Shown: positions 8,010-17,634, numbered from the stretch's first letter. The stretch: 64,000 nt of DNA from a candidate division WOR-3 bacterium (GCA_030606335.1 JAUWGP010000003.1:26065-90064); one strand, 5' to 3'. Numbers and translations are program-made. The notes: generated by a model from the sequence alone, not told the origin.

Positions 8010-10229
8010 TTATCTCTCCTTCACCTCCAGTATGTACGGAATCATATATAGATACTCAGAGGAAAGGAGCGACCTAATAGACGATAAATAATTGTCTAAA
8101 TCAAATGGTGAACCCATCATGCCTAAACTAAATCCTGTCTTCGGTTTAGGATATATATCGACATCTCTTTCCTTGATATCCGCCATTCTCTGTGCCTCAT
8201 CCAGCGCATCGAGCAAGCCTCCTATTTCATCTATAAGCCCTAACTCCTTTGCCTTAATTCCACTCCATATCCTTCCCTCTCCAATGGAGTGTATATATTC
8301 TTTTGAAGTATCCCTCTCTGATGCAACAAGATTGATAAACCTATCATAATACCATTCAACAGATTTTTTGATTCTCTCACGTTCATATTCATCCCACTTA
8401 TGTATCTCAGACATTATATCTGCATGCTTACCCAATTTTACTATATCCCATGATATTCCAATTTTATCATAGAGCTCCTTAAAAATAAAGTTTATCCAGA
8501 AAACACCTATAGAGCCTGTAAGTGTAGTATTGTCTGAAAATATTTTATCCCCATATATGGATATCACATATCCGCCTGAACCTGCAACACCACCCATTGA
8601 GATTATAACAGGTTTATCCTTACTTATATCCCTTAATGCATTTGTGATTAGTTCTGATGCTAATGCATCTCCCCCACCAGAATTCACTCTCAAGACCACT
8701 GCCTTTACATCTTCATCATCCCTTATACCCTCAAGCGTCTTTACCATATCATCTGAGCCCATATAACCCTGTGATGACTTTCCCCGTATGATATTTCCAT
8801 CCGCAATAACAAGTGCTATCTTTTTCTTGCCTTTTCTCCATTCTCTTCCCACTATCTTTTCTTTTTTAAATTTTCTTGCTCCAGAACCAATAAGCGAATC
8901 CAAATCCTGTTTTTCCAGTGCGGCATCTACCAATCTCGCCTCTATTGCTCCATCACTATTAAAAAAAATGCCTTCATCAATGAGTTTTTGCAGGCTATCT
9001 GTTGACATACCCCTTGCCTCAGCGATAATCTCAATTGTAGGATAATAAACATCTTCAAGATACTCTATGATCTGAAGGCTGTCTTCCTCAGACATATCCT
9101 TTCTTTCAAATGTCTCAGGAGTAGATTTAAATCTACCTATTCCTTCAACCTGAGCCTCTACACCGATTTTTTCCATTGTTCCCTTAAAATATATCCTTCT
9201 GATCTGTATGCCAGGTATAACAACTTTTCCAACTGGATGTACAAATATTGAATCTGCTATAGATGAAAGGTATAAAGAGCCCAGACCATAAGATAGCGAG
9301 TATATGTATATTTTCTTACCACTTGCCTTAAATCGACTCAGTTCATTCCTTATCTCCTCCCATTTGCTCATATGCATCAAAGAACCTTTTAATTCCAAAA
9401 CCAGACCTTTACAGGCATCATCCTCTGAAAGTTCCTTTATCTGAGATAATAACTTATAAAAGGGTGCCTCGATCTTCTCAAACAAAAATTGACTTCTTTT
9501 AAGCTCGGGATAAGAACCTTCTATCTTTAGCTCTGCAAAGCAAGGTTTGGGTTTCATGAAGGTTGGATATTTCTCGTTTGATAGGACTAAACCTGCATTA
9601 TAAGTTTCGTTATCATCATTTTTACCATATCTGCCACCTAAACCGATATTACCAAAAGAGATGGAAATACCTGCATTCCATACATCCTCATTACCATAAC
9701 CCTCTATGAAAATTCCATCCACAGGTTCTACCTTCAATCCCACGAAATAATCCGAAGACTCATCCTCAACATTGTAGTTATAATCAAAACTTAGTGTTAT
9801 TCTATCAGTACCTGGTCTAATGCCTATACCAGACTTGAGTAAAAAATTGTCTCCTATCTTATCACCCACAAACCCAAGTGAAAGAAACCTGTGGGGTCTT
9901 ACCGTTGTTCCAATAAGGTAACCCTTTGTATCACCAAATTTGTATCCATAACCCATATGTAGCCAATTGCATATTCGAGCTCCACTTGATAGCACATAAC
10001 TTGTTTGTTCACCCCTTATAACTGTTCCAAAACCCAGATTACCAAGCGAAAGACCGATGGTATGTGAAGTATCTATATCACTAAAACTTCCAAGATAAGA
10101 TAATTCAAGCCCTGGAGATATTGCAATCCCTGACGGATTTACAAATGACGAAAACGACCTCTGAGTTGTTGATACACTTACATCAGCAAAAAGTGTAATC
10201 ACAACAGACATCAGGATGTTTACCAACAT
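8010..10229 (-). CDS. sppA: signal peptide peptidase SppA (67K type, two ClpP-like domains) fused to an N-terminal beta-rich (outer-membrane-barrel-like) domain
   Basis: C-terminal two thirds carry tandem S49 peptidase domains (VLRVNSGGGDALASE...GGVAGSGGYVIS, and a second, degenerate S49 repeat). The N-terminal ~240 aa have alternating hydrophobic and Gly/Ser/Asn-rich strands (GYGYKFG, ISISFGNIGLGGRYG). Confidence 0.8.
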   Translation of the reverse strand: MLVNILMSVVITLFADVSVSTTQRSFSSFVNPSGIAISPGLELSYLGSFSDIDTSHTIGLSLGNLGFGTVIRGEQTSYVLSSGARICNWLHMGYGYKFGDTKGYLIGTTVRPHRFLSLGFVGDKIGDNFLLKSGIGIRPGTDRITLSFDYNYNVEDESSDYFVGLKVEPVDGIFIEGYGNEDVWNAGISISFGNIGLGGRYGKNDDNETYNAGLVLSNEKYPTFMKPKPCFAELKIEGSYPELKRSQFLFEKIEAPFYKLLSQIKELSEDDACKGLVLELKGSLMHMSKWEEIRNELSRFKASGKKIYIYSLSYGLGSLYLSSIADSIFVHPVGKVVIPGIQIRRIYFKGTMEKIGVEAQVEGIGRFKSTPETFERKDMSEEDSLQIIEYLEDVYYPTIEIIAEARGMSTDSLQKLIDEGIFFNSDGAIEARLVDAALEKQDLDSLIGSGARKFKKEKIVGREWRKGKKKIALVIADGNIIRGKSSQGYMGSDDMVKTLEGIRDDEDVKAVVLRVNSGGGDALASELITNALRDISKDKPVIISMGGVAGSGGYVISIYGDKIFSDNTTLTGSIGVFWINFIFKELYDKIGISWDIVKLGKHADIMSEIHKWDEYERERIKKSVEWYYDRFINLVASERDTSKEYIHSIGEGRIWSGIKAKELGLIDEIGGLLDALDEAQRMADIKERDVDIYPKPKTGFSLGMMGSPFDLDNYLSSIRSLLSSEYLYMIPYILEVKER

Positions 10230-10268
10230 ATACCCTCCTTTGTTTATATAGTATTGTTAAAAATCTCA

Positions 10269-10558
10269 CCACAGAGAACACAGAGAATGTTAAGTATTAA
10301 GGAATTATAAAAGATTCTTCTCCCTCCCCCCTGTGGCCTCTCTATATAACCAATCCTTTGACATTTATACATAGAAATTTATAAATTAAAACAGGGATTT
10401 AAAGAGATTGAAAGAAATTCATTTTTTTAAAAATAATACATTCTCTTAAGTTCTCTTTCCATCCCTGTAAAATCATATCTGTTAGTTAACGGACATTGTC
10501 TGGAGAGCACAGAGAATTAAATTTACTCTGTGATCCGTCTGAGACGGACTGTGGTTTC
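10269..10558. repeat. MITE-like element with CCACAGAGAACACAGAGAA terminal inverted repeats, copy 2
   Basis: ccacagagaacacagagaa at 10269-10287 and the inverted copy ctctgtgatccgtctgagacggactgtggtttc at 10526-10558. The interior is shared with copy 1. Confidence 0.55.
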
Positions 10559-10732
10559 ATATTCTATTTGACACTACCAATTGTTTATATAATAAAAATC
10601 CTAACTAACCCGTATTAATAAATACGAAATTTTTCATAAAAAGTTTCACACAATTATAACCTTAAATTTTTTAAAAGTCAAGAGAAAATGATGTCCGATA
10701 GTTTGTAATAAAGTTGTTTTATATAAAAAATC

Positions 10733-10761
10733 TTGCAAAATTAAAAAATCTGTGGTATAAT
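10733..10761 (+). promoter_or_regulatory. sigma70-like promoter upstream of hsdR (TTGCAA-N17-TGgTATAAT)
   Basis: -35 ttgcaa at 10733-10738, 17-nt spacer, extended -10 tggtataat at 10753-10761, about 24 nt upstream of the hsdR ATG. Confidence 0.45.
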
Positions 10762-10784
10762 TCGTAAATTACTTCTAATAAATT

Positions 10785-13133
10785 ATGGAAAAATTTAATA
10801 TGCATCTCAGCGAAGCAGATACAAGAGCAAAATTAATTGACCCCGCTCTCCATCTTTCTGGATGGACAGAAGACCTTGTAAGACGTGAAGAAACTGAGAG
10901 AGGTATTGATATTATAGATGGAAAACCACGCAGAAGAAGAAGGGGACGAATAGATTATATTCTACGCATTAAAGTTAATATTAACTCACAACCCATCGCA
11001 GTTGCTTTAATAGAAGCTAAGAAAAGCGATAACCCACCTGATAAAGGACTCGAACAAGCAAAGAAGTACGCAAGACTAAATAACGTACCTTTTGTATATT
11101 CTTCCAATGGTCATCTCTTTGTGGAATATGACAACTTTACAGGTAAAACTTCTCACCCGAATTCTTTAGAAAAGTTTCCTACACCATTTGAACTACGACA
11201 ACGCCATGAAAAAGGGATTGGTATTTCACTTGATAAAGAAAATGCAAAGCCACTTCTTATCCCGTATCCAGGAGGTGAAGCAAGCCGTCGTTATTATCAG
11301 GATGCAGCAATTCGTGCTACACTCGAGAAAATTATACAGGGAAAAAAACGGATGCTCCTATTCCTTGCTACAGGCTCCGGGAAAACCTTCATTGCGGTTC
11401 GTCTTTTGAAGAAGATTGCAGATGCTGGGCATTTACATCGTGCTTTATTTCTTTGTGACAGGGATGAACTCCGAAATCAGGGACTTTCAGCATATCAAAA
11501 TATTTTTGGTGCTGATGCTGCTCCTGTATCTACTGCAAATCCACAGAAAAACGCAAGAATTTTAATAGCAACATATCAAACTCTTAATGTAGCAGGCGAG
11601 AACGAAGATGCTAAATTCTTACTCGATAACTATCCTGAAAACTATTTCAGTCATATAATAATCGATGAATGCCATAGGAGTGCCTGGGGTAAATGGAGTA
11701 TCGTGCTAAAAAGAAATTCCGATGCAATTCAAATAGGACTTACAGCCACTCCACGTTACTGGGAGGGTGGTAGTAAGGAGGAAAAAAAAGTAGACAAAGA
11801 GATAACTGCTAACAACCTTCAATATTTTGGCGAACCAATTTACGAATACTCAATGTCACAAGGAATTGAAGATGGTTATCTCCCTGCTTGTGAGGTGATA
11901 AGACGCGATGTGAATCTCGATATAATAGGTGTCACACGAAATGATATTAAAGTATTGGGAGCAAGAGATGCTACAACAGGTAAGCAACTTACACCCGACG
12001 AAACCCGTGAGATATACGAAGCTACATCCTTTGAGGATATTATTCAATTGCCTGACAGAGTAGAAACAATGTGTAAAGACCTTTTTAAAATGTTCCTTCA
12101 AACGGGTGGACCTCACCAGAAGACAGTTATTTTTTGTGTGCGTGATACCCATGCAGATGCCATTGCCGCTGAAATAAATAATCTTTATGCTGAGTGGTGT
12201 GATAGAAATAAGCAAAAAAGATATGAGCCTTATGCATTCAAATGCACTGCTTCTGTGGGAGGAAGCAAATATATATCAGATTTGCGTAGCTTAGAGCGAA
12301 GTCATTTTATCGCTACTACAGTTGATTTAATAACTACAGGAGTTGATATACCAATATTACGTAATGTAGTATTCTTTAGATATATCCGTTCTCCAATATA
12401 CTTTCAACAAATGATGGGAAGGGGGTCAAGAATTCATCTTCCTACAAATAAATTGATGTTTCGGGTTTATGATTATACGGATGCTACAAGACTGTTAGGA
12501 GAAGAGTTTAAGTCAAAACCCTCACCCACACGAGAAAAAAAGGAAACAGAAGAGGGAGAAAAAGAAAGAATAATCCGAGTAGAAGGATTTGATGTTCGAA
12601 TTAATCCTGCCGGAACTTATATTGTCACTGAAAAAGAAGGAAGATTATCAATGGTTACAGTAGAGGAGTACAAGCAGACTATTGCAGAGCACTTGGTTGA
12701 AAATGTTAAAACATTAGACGATCTTCGTCATAGATGGATAAATCCTGAGGAACGTGGAGAGCTTATAGATTCCCTTCCCGAAGACGGACGAGGAATAAGA
12801 ATGCTGCAGGAACTTCTTAATCGAAAAGAATATGACCTTTATGATTTAATGGCAGAAATCGGGTTTGGTGTATCCCCTAAAAGTCGTGAGGAAAGAGTTG
12901 AAGCCCTTCAATATAAACATGCTGACTGGTTTAAACATTTACCCTCAGAAACAGCAAAAACATTGTTTGCACTTGCAAGGCAATTTGAAAGAGGCGGTAC
13001 TGAAGAATTAGAAAACCCGTATGTTTTCAATGCTCCTGATGTTGTTAAAGCGGGTGGACATCAAGCTTTAAAGGTGCTTGGTGGACCAAAAGACATTATT
13101 ATTGAGATGAAAAGGAGGTTATTTGCAGCCTGA
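10785..13133 (+). CDS. hsdR: Type I restriction enzyme R subunit (EcoEI-like size class)
   Basis: N-terminal HsdR signature MHLSEADTRAKLIDPALHLSGW; helicase motif I LATGSGKT and motif II IIIDECHRS; 782 aa. Confidence 0.9.
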   Translation: MEKFNMHLSEADTRAKLIDPALHLSGWTEDLVRREETERGIDIIDGKPRRRRRGRIDYILRIKVNINSQPIAVALIEAKKSDNPPDKGLEQAKKYARLNNVPFVYSSNGHLFVEYDNFTGKTSHPNSLEKFPTPFELRQRHEKGIGISLDKENAKPLLIPYPGGEASRRYYQDAAIRATLEKIIQGKKRMLLFLATGSGKTFIAVRLLKKIADAGHLHRALFLCDRDELRNQGLSAYQNIFGADAAPVSTANPQKNARILIATYQTLNVAGENEDAKFLLDNYPENYFSHIIIDECHRSAWGKWSIVLKRNSDAIQIGLTATPRYWEGGSKEEKKVDKEITANNLQYFGEPIYEYSMSQGIEDGYLPACEVIRRDVNLDIIGVTRNDIKVLGARDATTGKQLTPDETREIYEATSFEDIIQLPDRVETMCKDLFKMFLQTGGPHQKTVIFCVRDTHADAIAAEINNLYAEWCDRNKQKRYEPYAFKCTASVGGSKYISDLRSLERSHFIATTVDLITTGVDIPILRNVVFFRYIRSPIYFQQMMGRGSRIHLPTNKLMFRVYDYTDATRLLGEEFKSKPSPTREKKETEEGEKERIIRVEGFDVRINPAGTYIVTEKEGRLSMVTVEEYKQTIAEHLVENVKTLDDLRHRWINPEERGELIDSLPEDGRGIRMLQELLNRKEYDLYDLMAEIGFGVSPKSREERVEALQYKHADWFKHLPSETAKTLFALARQFERGGTEELENPYVFNAPDVVKAGGHQALKVLGGPKDIIIEMKRRLFAA

Positions 13134-14034
13134 AAAGGAGATATTTGATTTTCTTGTTGAAAATGCAATATACCCTATGATTAGTAAGAAGGGTAAGGTC
13201 TTCTTTAAATATCCGAAGAAAGGAATGTTAACTGAGGCTAAAGCAAGAGAAATTATTGAACAATTGGATATTAAGACCAGAAATGACTGCAAAAAATTAA
13301 GGGAAAAAATCAGAAACCTGAGATCTGCATTCAGAGAAAATCGTCCTATAAGCAAATGGATTAAAGAGGAAAGACCAAGGGAGATGCTGGTTAAATACGG
13401 TCCCGAGTTCCTCCCTTTATCAAAACTTCTTGCAATAATATTAAGGATAGGAAGGGAAGGAATAAGTGCAGAAGAACTATCAAAAAGGTTATTGAATAAG
13501 TTTGGTGCATTAAGGAAAATAGATACTGCAACAATTTCTGAGATACGTGAGATAGAAGGAATAGGTCTTGCAAAAGCAGCACAAATAAAAGCTGCACTTG
13601 AACTTGGTAAAAGGCTATATAAAGAAACTGCTGTAAGGAAGAGAAAGATAACAAAACCAGATGAACTTATTGAGTATGTAGCAGAATATTACGGTCCTTA
13701 TCTAAGGGACTCTGTTAAAGAGTTTTTTTATGTCATACTTCTGGATATAAAAAATAAACCTATTGATAACGTGGAAATAAGTAAGGGTAGTATAAATGCA
13801 AGTGTGGTAGATCCAAAGGATATTGTAAAAGAAGCAACTATACGGTCAGCCTCGTCAATAATTTTGGTTCATAATCATCCATCAGGTGAGACAGACCCAT
13901 CTGAAGAGGATAAAAGGTTAACAAAATCAATTATAGATGCCTGTGAACTCATTGATATAAAGGTATTAGACCATATAATCATTGGAAAAAATCAAGAAGA
14001 CTATTTTAGTTTCGTAAAGAACGGATTGATATAA
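13123..14034 (+). CDS. radC: RadC-like JAB/MPN-domain protein with an N-terminal extension
   Basis: ERPREMLVKYGPEFLPLSKLLAIILRIGREG, HhH motif IEGIGLAKAAQI, JAMM motif LVHNHPSGETDPSEEDKRLT. TTG start with AAGGAGG 5 nt upstream; overlaps the hsdR stop by 11 nt. Confidence 0.8.
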   Translation: MQPEKEIFDFLVENAIYPMISKKGKVFFKYPKKGMLTEAKAREIIEQLDIKTRNDCKKLREKIRNLRSAFRENRPISKWIKEERPREMLVKYGPEFLPLSKLLAIILRIGREGISAEELSKRLLNKFGALRKIDTATISEIREIEGIGLAKAAQIKAALELGKRLYKETAVRKRKITKPDELIEYVAEYYGPYLRDSVKEFFYVILLDIKNKPIDNVEISKGSINASVVDPKDIVKEATIRSASSIILVHNHPSGETDPSEEDKRLTKSIIDACELIDIKVLDHIIIGKNQEDYFSFVKNGLI

Positions 14035-14050
14035 TAGAGATTATTTTATT

Positions 14051-15526
14051 ATGAAAAAATATAAAATATTCGTAAGTGGCGTTCAGAGAGAGCTCAAAGA
14101 GGAGCGGTTTGCAGTAAAAGAAATCATCACTCTGAACACTTTTTTAAAGAAATACTTTGATGTCTTTCTTTTTGAGGACCTGCCAGCCAAAAGCAAGCCA
14201 GCAGAAAAGGTCTACCTTGGAAAAGTCTCGGAGAGTGATATCCTGCTATTGTTATTGGGAAAGGAGTATGGACAACCCAGTCCTGATGGTCTTTCAGCTA
14301 CAGAAAGGGAATTTAGAAAGGCTGTGGAACGGAATTTGAAAATCCTGGTTTTTTTGAGAGGAGAAGATGACTCTACCAGAGACAGGCGGGTTAGAAATCT
14401 TATACGGGAGATAAAAAGACCGGGCAGTGGATATACTTATGATGAATTTAATGGTACGTCCGATTTAAAAGAATGTGTTTTCAATAGTCTTGTAGAACTC
14501 CTGGAGGATGATGGTATTCTTGCCAGGCTCCCCTTCGATTCTACAATTTGTGAAGAAGCAACTTATGAAGACATAAATGAAGAACTGGTAGAGAACTTCC
14601 TGAAGTATAGAGCAATAAAACTAAAAGTGGAAGTTCCTGAAATACCCATAAGAGATTTCTTAGTAAAGACTATTAAAGCGGTCCGGGAATTAGACGGAAT
14701 CTTTAAGCTAACTAATGCAGCGATTCTTTTCTTTTGTGATTATCCTCAAGAATTCATTTCTCAAAGCAGTATAAAGATAGCAAGATACAGGGGGAATTCA
14801 AGGATAGAATTTATTGACTCACAGGAACTTACTGGTCCATTCTATAAAATAATTGATGATTTAGAGATATTCTTTAAAAGAAATACCCGATTAGCCAGCA
14901 AGATTGTGGAGTTTAAGAGAGTGGATATTCCCGAGTATCCCTTTGAGGCAATAAGAGAAGGAATAGTCAATGCAATGGCTCACAGAGATTATCTCCGCAT
15001 TGGTTCTAATATTCAGATGGATATCTTTAACGATAGAATAGAGGTCACCAGCCCCGGAGGACTTCTTCCAGGGTTGGACATTAAAAATCTGGAAGGGGTT
15101 CATGAGACGAGAAACAAAAGGATTTGCAAAATCTTTCACGAAACGAAAGATATGGAAAGATATGGGACTGGTATTACTAAAATGAAGAATTGGATGACAG
15201 AACACGGTTTGAAGCCGCCAGTAATAACTCAACCAGGTGATTTCTTCAGAATTAATTTTTATGGTCCGGGTGATAAGATATTAGATTTAGTTCCCAATAT
15301 ACCCGAAGAAAGACAAACAGATTTGAAAAAATTGGGCTTAAATAACAGACAAATAGAAGCATTAAGATTGATGGTAAATGAAGGGAAAGCCTTAACAAAC
15401 AGAAAATACAGAGAATTGTTTAACGTTAGCAATCAAACATTCGTTAGAGATATGCGACTACTGTCCAAGTTGGAATTTGTCACTTCCGAAGGTAAAGGTC
15501 GGTCTTTGCAATACAAAGCAAAATAA
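14051..15526 (+). CDS. DUF4062 / AlbA_2 (divergent AAA) / HATPase_c_4 protein with C-terminal HTH (Schlafen-like 'RecG-related' regulator family)
   Basis: N-terminus KIFVSGVQRELKEERFAVKEII...ILLLLLGKEYG matches the DUF4062 pattern. The middle has AIREGIVNAMAHRDYLRIGSNIQMDIFNDRIEVTSPGGLLPG (HATPase_c_4). The C-terminus has an HTH (NNRQIEALRLMVNEGKALTNRKYRELFNVSNQTFVRDMRLL). Confidence 0.6.
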   Translation: MKKYKIFVSGVQRELKEERFAVKEIITLNTFLKKYFDVFLFEDLPAKSKPAEKVYLGKVSESDILLLLLGKEYGQPSPDGLSATEREFRKAVERNLKILVFLRGEDDSTRDRRVRNLIREIKRPGSGYTYDEFNGTSDLKECVFNSLVELLEDDGILARLPFDSTICEEATYEDINEELVENFLKYRAIKLKVEVPEIPIRDFLVKTIKAVRELDGIFKLTNAAILFFCDYPQEFISQSSIKIARYRGNSRIEFIDSQELTGPFYKIIDDLEIFFKRNTRLASKIVEFKRVDIPEYPFEAIREGIVNAMAHRDYLRIGSNIQMDIFNDRIEVTSPGGLLPGLDIKNLEGVHETRNKRICKIFHETKDMERYGTGITKMKNWMTEHGLKPPVITQPGDFFRINFYGPGDKILDLVPNIPEERQTDLKKLGLNNRQIEALRLMVNEGKALTNRKYRELFNVSNQTFVRDMRLLSKLEFVTSEGKGRSLQYKAK

Positions 15527-15527
15527 C

Positions 15528-15700
15528 AATGTCACGAAACAAGTCCAAATGTCACGAGAATGTCATGAAAAAGCATGTCACGAAAAGTGAGAGAATGTCA
15601 CGGAATGCGTCACGAAAAAAGTATCCACAAAGGTGGAAAATTAATTTAAGAAATGTCCCTAAAAATTAAAAATGTCCTTAATAATGTCCGAAATCAGTAA
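15528..15700. repeat. array of about 9 degenerate AATGTCAC / AATGTCC motifs
   Basis: caATGTCACgaaa, aaATGTCACgag, aATGTCAtgaaa, gcATGTCACgaaa, gaATGTCACgga, gCGTCACgaaa, then aATGTCCct, aATGTCCtta, aATGTCCgaaa, irregularly spaced 12-21 nt apart. Confidence 0.5.
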
Positions 15701-15767
15701 TCCTAAGATAGAACTTCCAGCAGGCTGGCGATGGGTGAGACTGGGCAAGAAGATAGAAATTTATTGA
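15684..15767 (+). pseudogene. hsdS: hsdS N-terminal remnant (27 codons)
   Basis: Encodes MSEISNPKIELPAGWRWVRLGKKIEIY*, matching the N-terminus of the full hsdS (ILPPDWRWVKLGEVCEF); ctggcgatgggtga is shared at the nucleotide level. Confidence 0.5.
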
Positions 15768-15774
15768 TTTATAT

Positions 15775-16458
15775 GTGGAGGTGTCGTTAATGCTTAATCT
15801 ACAGAGAGGAATTCCAATCGAAGATGGAGATTTGTTTATCTTAGATACAAATCCATTCAGATTTTTGTATCTGGCAGCGGAAAGCCTAATCAAAGATGCA
15901 GAGCAAGCTGCAACCAAAAATAAGCATCGGGTTGAAATTAATCATTCTATTGGAGCACTTGTGGTGCTTCTTCTATCTACCGAAGCACTCATAAACAGAG
16001 TGTATGAGTGTTTCCTTAGAAGTAAATTCCCCAGACAGATATACGAAGAGATTATGGGTAAATGGTCTCTCACAATGAAATGGTATTTTGCTCCTCTGAT
16101 TTATAAATCTGGTGGTAACAATAAAACCTTTGATGTTAAAAAAGAACCCTGGCAATCTTTTTCTGAACTGAAAAAGATCAGGGATTATTTTGCTCACCCA
16201 AAGCCAGCCCAATTTCCCTTTACAGTATTAGATGCTAAAAAAAAGATCTTGGATGTTAATGAGGGCGTTATACCAAGATGGCCCCAAACAACAATTCCTA
16301 AAGACTTGAACCATTTTCGTTGGAAGGATGCTCAAACGGTTTTGGAAATTATTAATAAAATGATTGATAAATTAGACTCCTTCATGGGGGGAACAATCAA
16401 AAAGGACGATTGGTATTTAATAGAACAAATGAGTAAATATGAAAAAGCAGCTGAATAA
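15775..16458 (+). CDS. hypothetical protein embedded in the Type I RM locus
   Basis: About 222-227 aa. GGAGG at 15777-15781 precedes the ATG at 15790; the track ORF starts at GTG 15775. No recognisable motif. The 3' end overlaps the hsdS start by 20 nt. Confidence 0.5.
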   Translation: MEVSLMLNLQRGIPIEDGDLFILDTNPFRFLYLAAESLIKDAEQAATKNKHRVEINHSIGALVVLLLSTEALINRVYECFLRSKFPRQIYEEIMGKWSLTMKWYFAPLIYKSGGNNKTFDVKKEPWQSFSELKKIRDYFAHPKPAQFPFTVLDAKKKILDVNEGVIPRWPQTTIPKDLNHFRWKDAQTVLEIINKMIDKLDSFMGGTIKKDDWYLIEQMSKYEKAAE

Positions 16459-17581
16459 AGAAATACTTCCACCCGACTGGCGATGGGTGAAGTTGGGGGA
16501 AGTATGTGAGTTTGCGTATGGTTCAGGATTACCGGTACGAGATAGATTGAAGGGTCTCATTCCTGTATTTGGCTCAAACGGTGTTATTGGTTACCATAAC
16601 ATGGCAATTACTCAAAGTCCTACAATTATAATTGGTCGCAAGGGTTCAATTGGTCAAGTGAATTCTTCAGAATCTCCATGTTGGCCAATTGATACAACTT
16701 ACTACATTGACGAATCCAAAACCTCCTGTTATCTACATTGGCTGTACTGGTTACTTAAGTACCTGAGACTAGACGAACTTAATAAAGCGACTGGGGTGCC
16801 AGGTTTGAATCGTAATGACGCCTATAGTCAAGTTATCCCCCTCCCTCCTCTTTCTGAGCAGAAGCGCATCGCTGCAAAAATTAAGGAGTTAATGCAGGAG
16901 GTAGAACATGCCCGAACAGCCTGCGAAAAGCAATTAGAGGCAGCAAAAGCCCTTCCCTCCGCATATCTGCGAGAGGTCTTTAAAAGCGAAGATGCAAAGA
17001 AGTGGGAGAGTAAGAGGTTGGGAGAGGTTTGTGAGACTACAAGCGGAGGCACTCCATATAGAGGGAATAAAGAGTATTTTGACGGGGATATTCCCTGGGT
17101 GAAATCGGGAGAATTGGAAGACAATTACATCTATGACACGGAAGAGAAAATAACAGAATTAGGTCTTAAAAATTCTAGTGCTAAAATTTTGCCTATGGGA
17201 ACATTGTTAATTGCAATGTATGGAGCAACTGTTGGAAAGTTGGGGGTCTTGAATATTTCCGCTACTACTAATCAAGCTATTTGTGCCATTATTCCAAATT
17301 CCAAAGCCTCGACCAATTTTCTCTTTTTCTTTTTCATGCATTTTAGAAGAGACCTGGTCAATAAATCTTATGGAGGTGCTCAGCCAAATATCAGTCAAGA
17401 ACTAATAAAAGAAACACACATTCCTTTTCCGTCTATAAAAACCCAGCATCGTATTGCCGCTGAACTCAAAGAAAAAAAAGCAGAGGTAGATAAACTTCAC
17501 TCATCCATTGAAAGACAATTTGAAGCAATAAACGCCTTGCCACAGGCAATTTTAAGGAAGGCATTCATAGGGAAGTTGTGA
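16439..17581 (+). CDS. hsdS: Type I restriction-modification specificity subunit (two target-recognition domains)
   Basis: Two half-repeats, each starting with a conserved motif (LPPDWRWVKLGEVCEF / ESKRLGEVCETTSGGTP), each followed by a conserved coiled-coil spacer (LPPLSEQKRIAAKI..., FPSIKTQHRIAAEL...). Confidence 0.9.
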   Translation: MKKQLNKEILPPDWRWVKLGEVCEFAYGSGLPVRDRLKGLIPVFGSNGVIGYHNMAITQSPTIIIGRKGSIGQVNSSESPCWPIDTTYYIDESKTSCYLHWLYWLLKYLRLDELNKATGVPGLNRNDAYSQVIPLPPLSEQKRIAAKIKELMQEVEHARTACEKQLEAAKALPSAYLREVFKSEDAKKWESKRLGEVCETTSGGTPYRGNKEYFDGDIPWVKSGELEDNYIYDTEEKITELGLKNSSAKILPMGTLLIAMYGATVGKLGVLNISATTNQAICAIIPNSKASTNFLFFFFMHFRRDLVNKSYGGAQPNISQELIKETHIPFPSIKTQHRIAAELKEKKAEVDKLHSSIERQFEAINALPQAILRKAFIGKL

Positions 17582-17634
17582 TGGAAATTAAACCTACTAC
17601 ATTTATCTCTGTGATATCAACAAAAATATAAGAA

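Noticed and set aside
10785-13133. HsdR as a Type III Res subunit or a generic DEAD-box helicase.
   Set aside because: The N-terminal MHLSEADTRAKLIDPAL motif is specific to Type I R subunits, and cognate hsdS and hsdM are present in the same locus.
15528-15700. CRISPR array (also considered for 21857-21903, 61247-61310 and 54080-54165).
   Set aside because: Units are 8-13 nt (or only 2 copies of 30-49 nt) with no unique spacers of 25-40 nt between them, and no cas genes are in the window.
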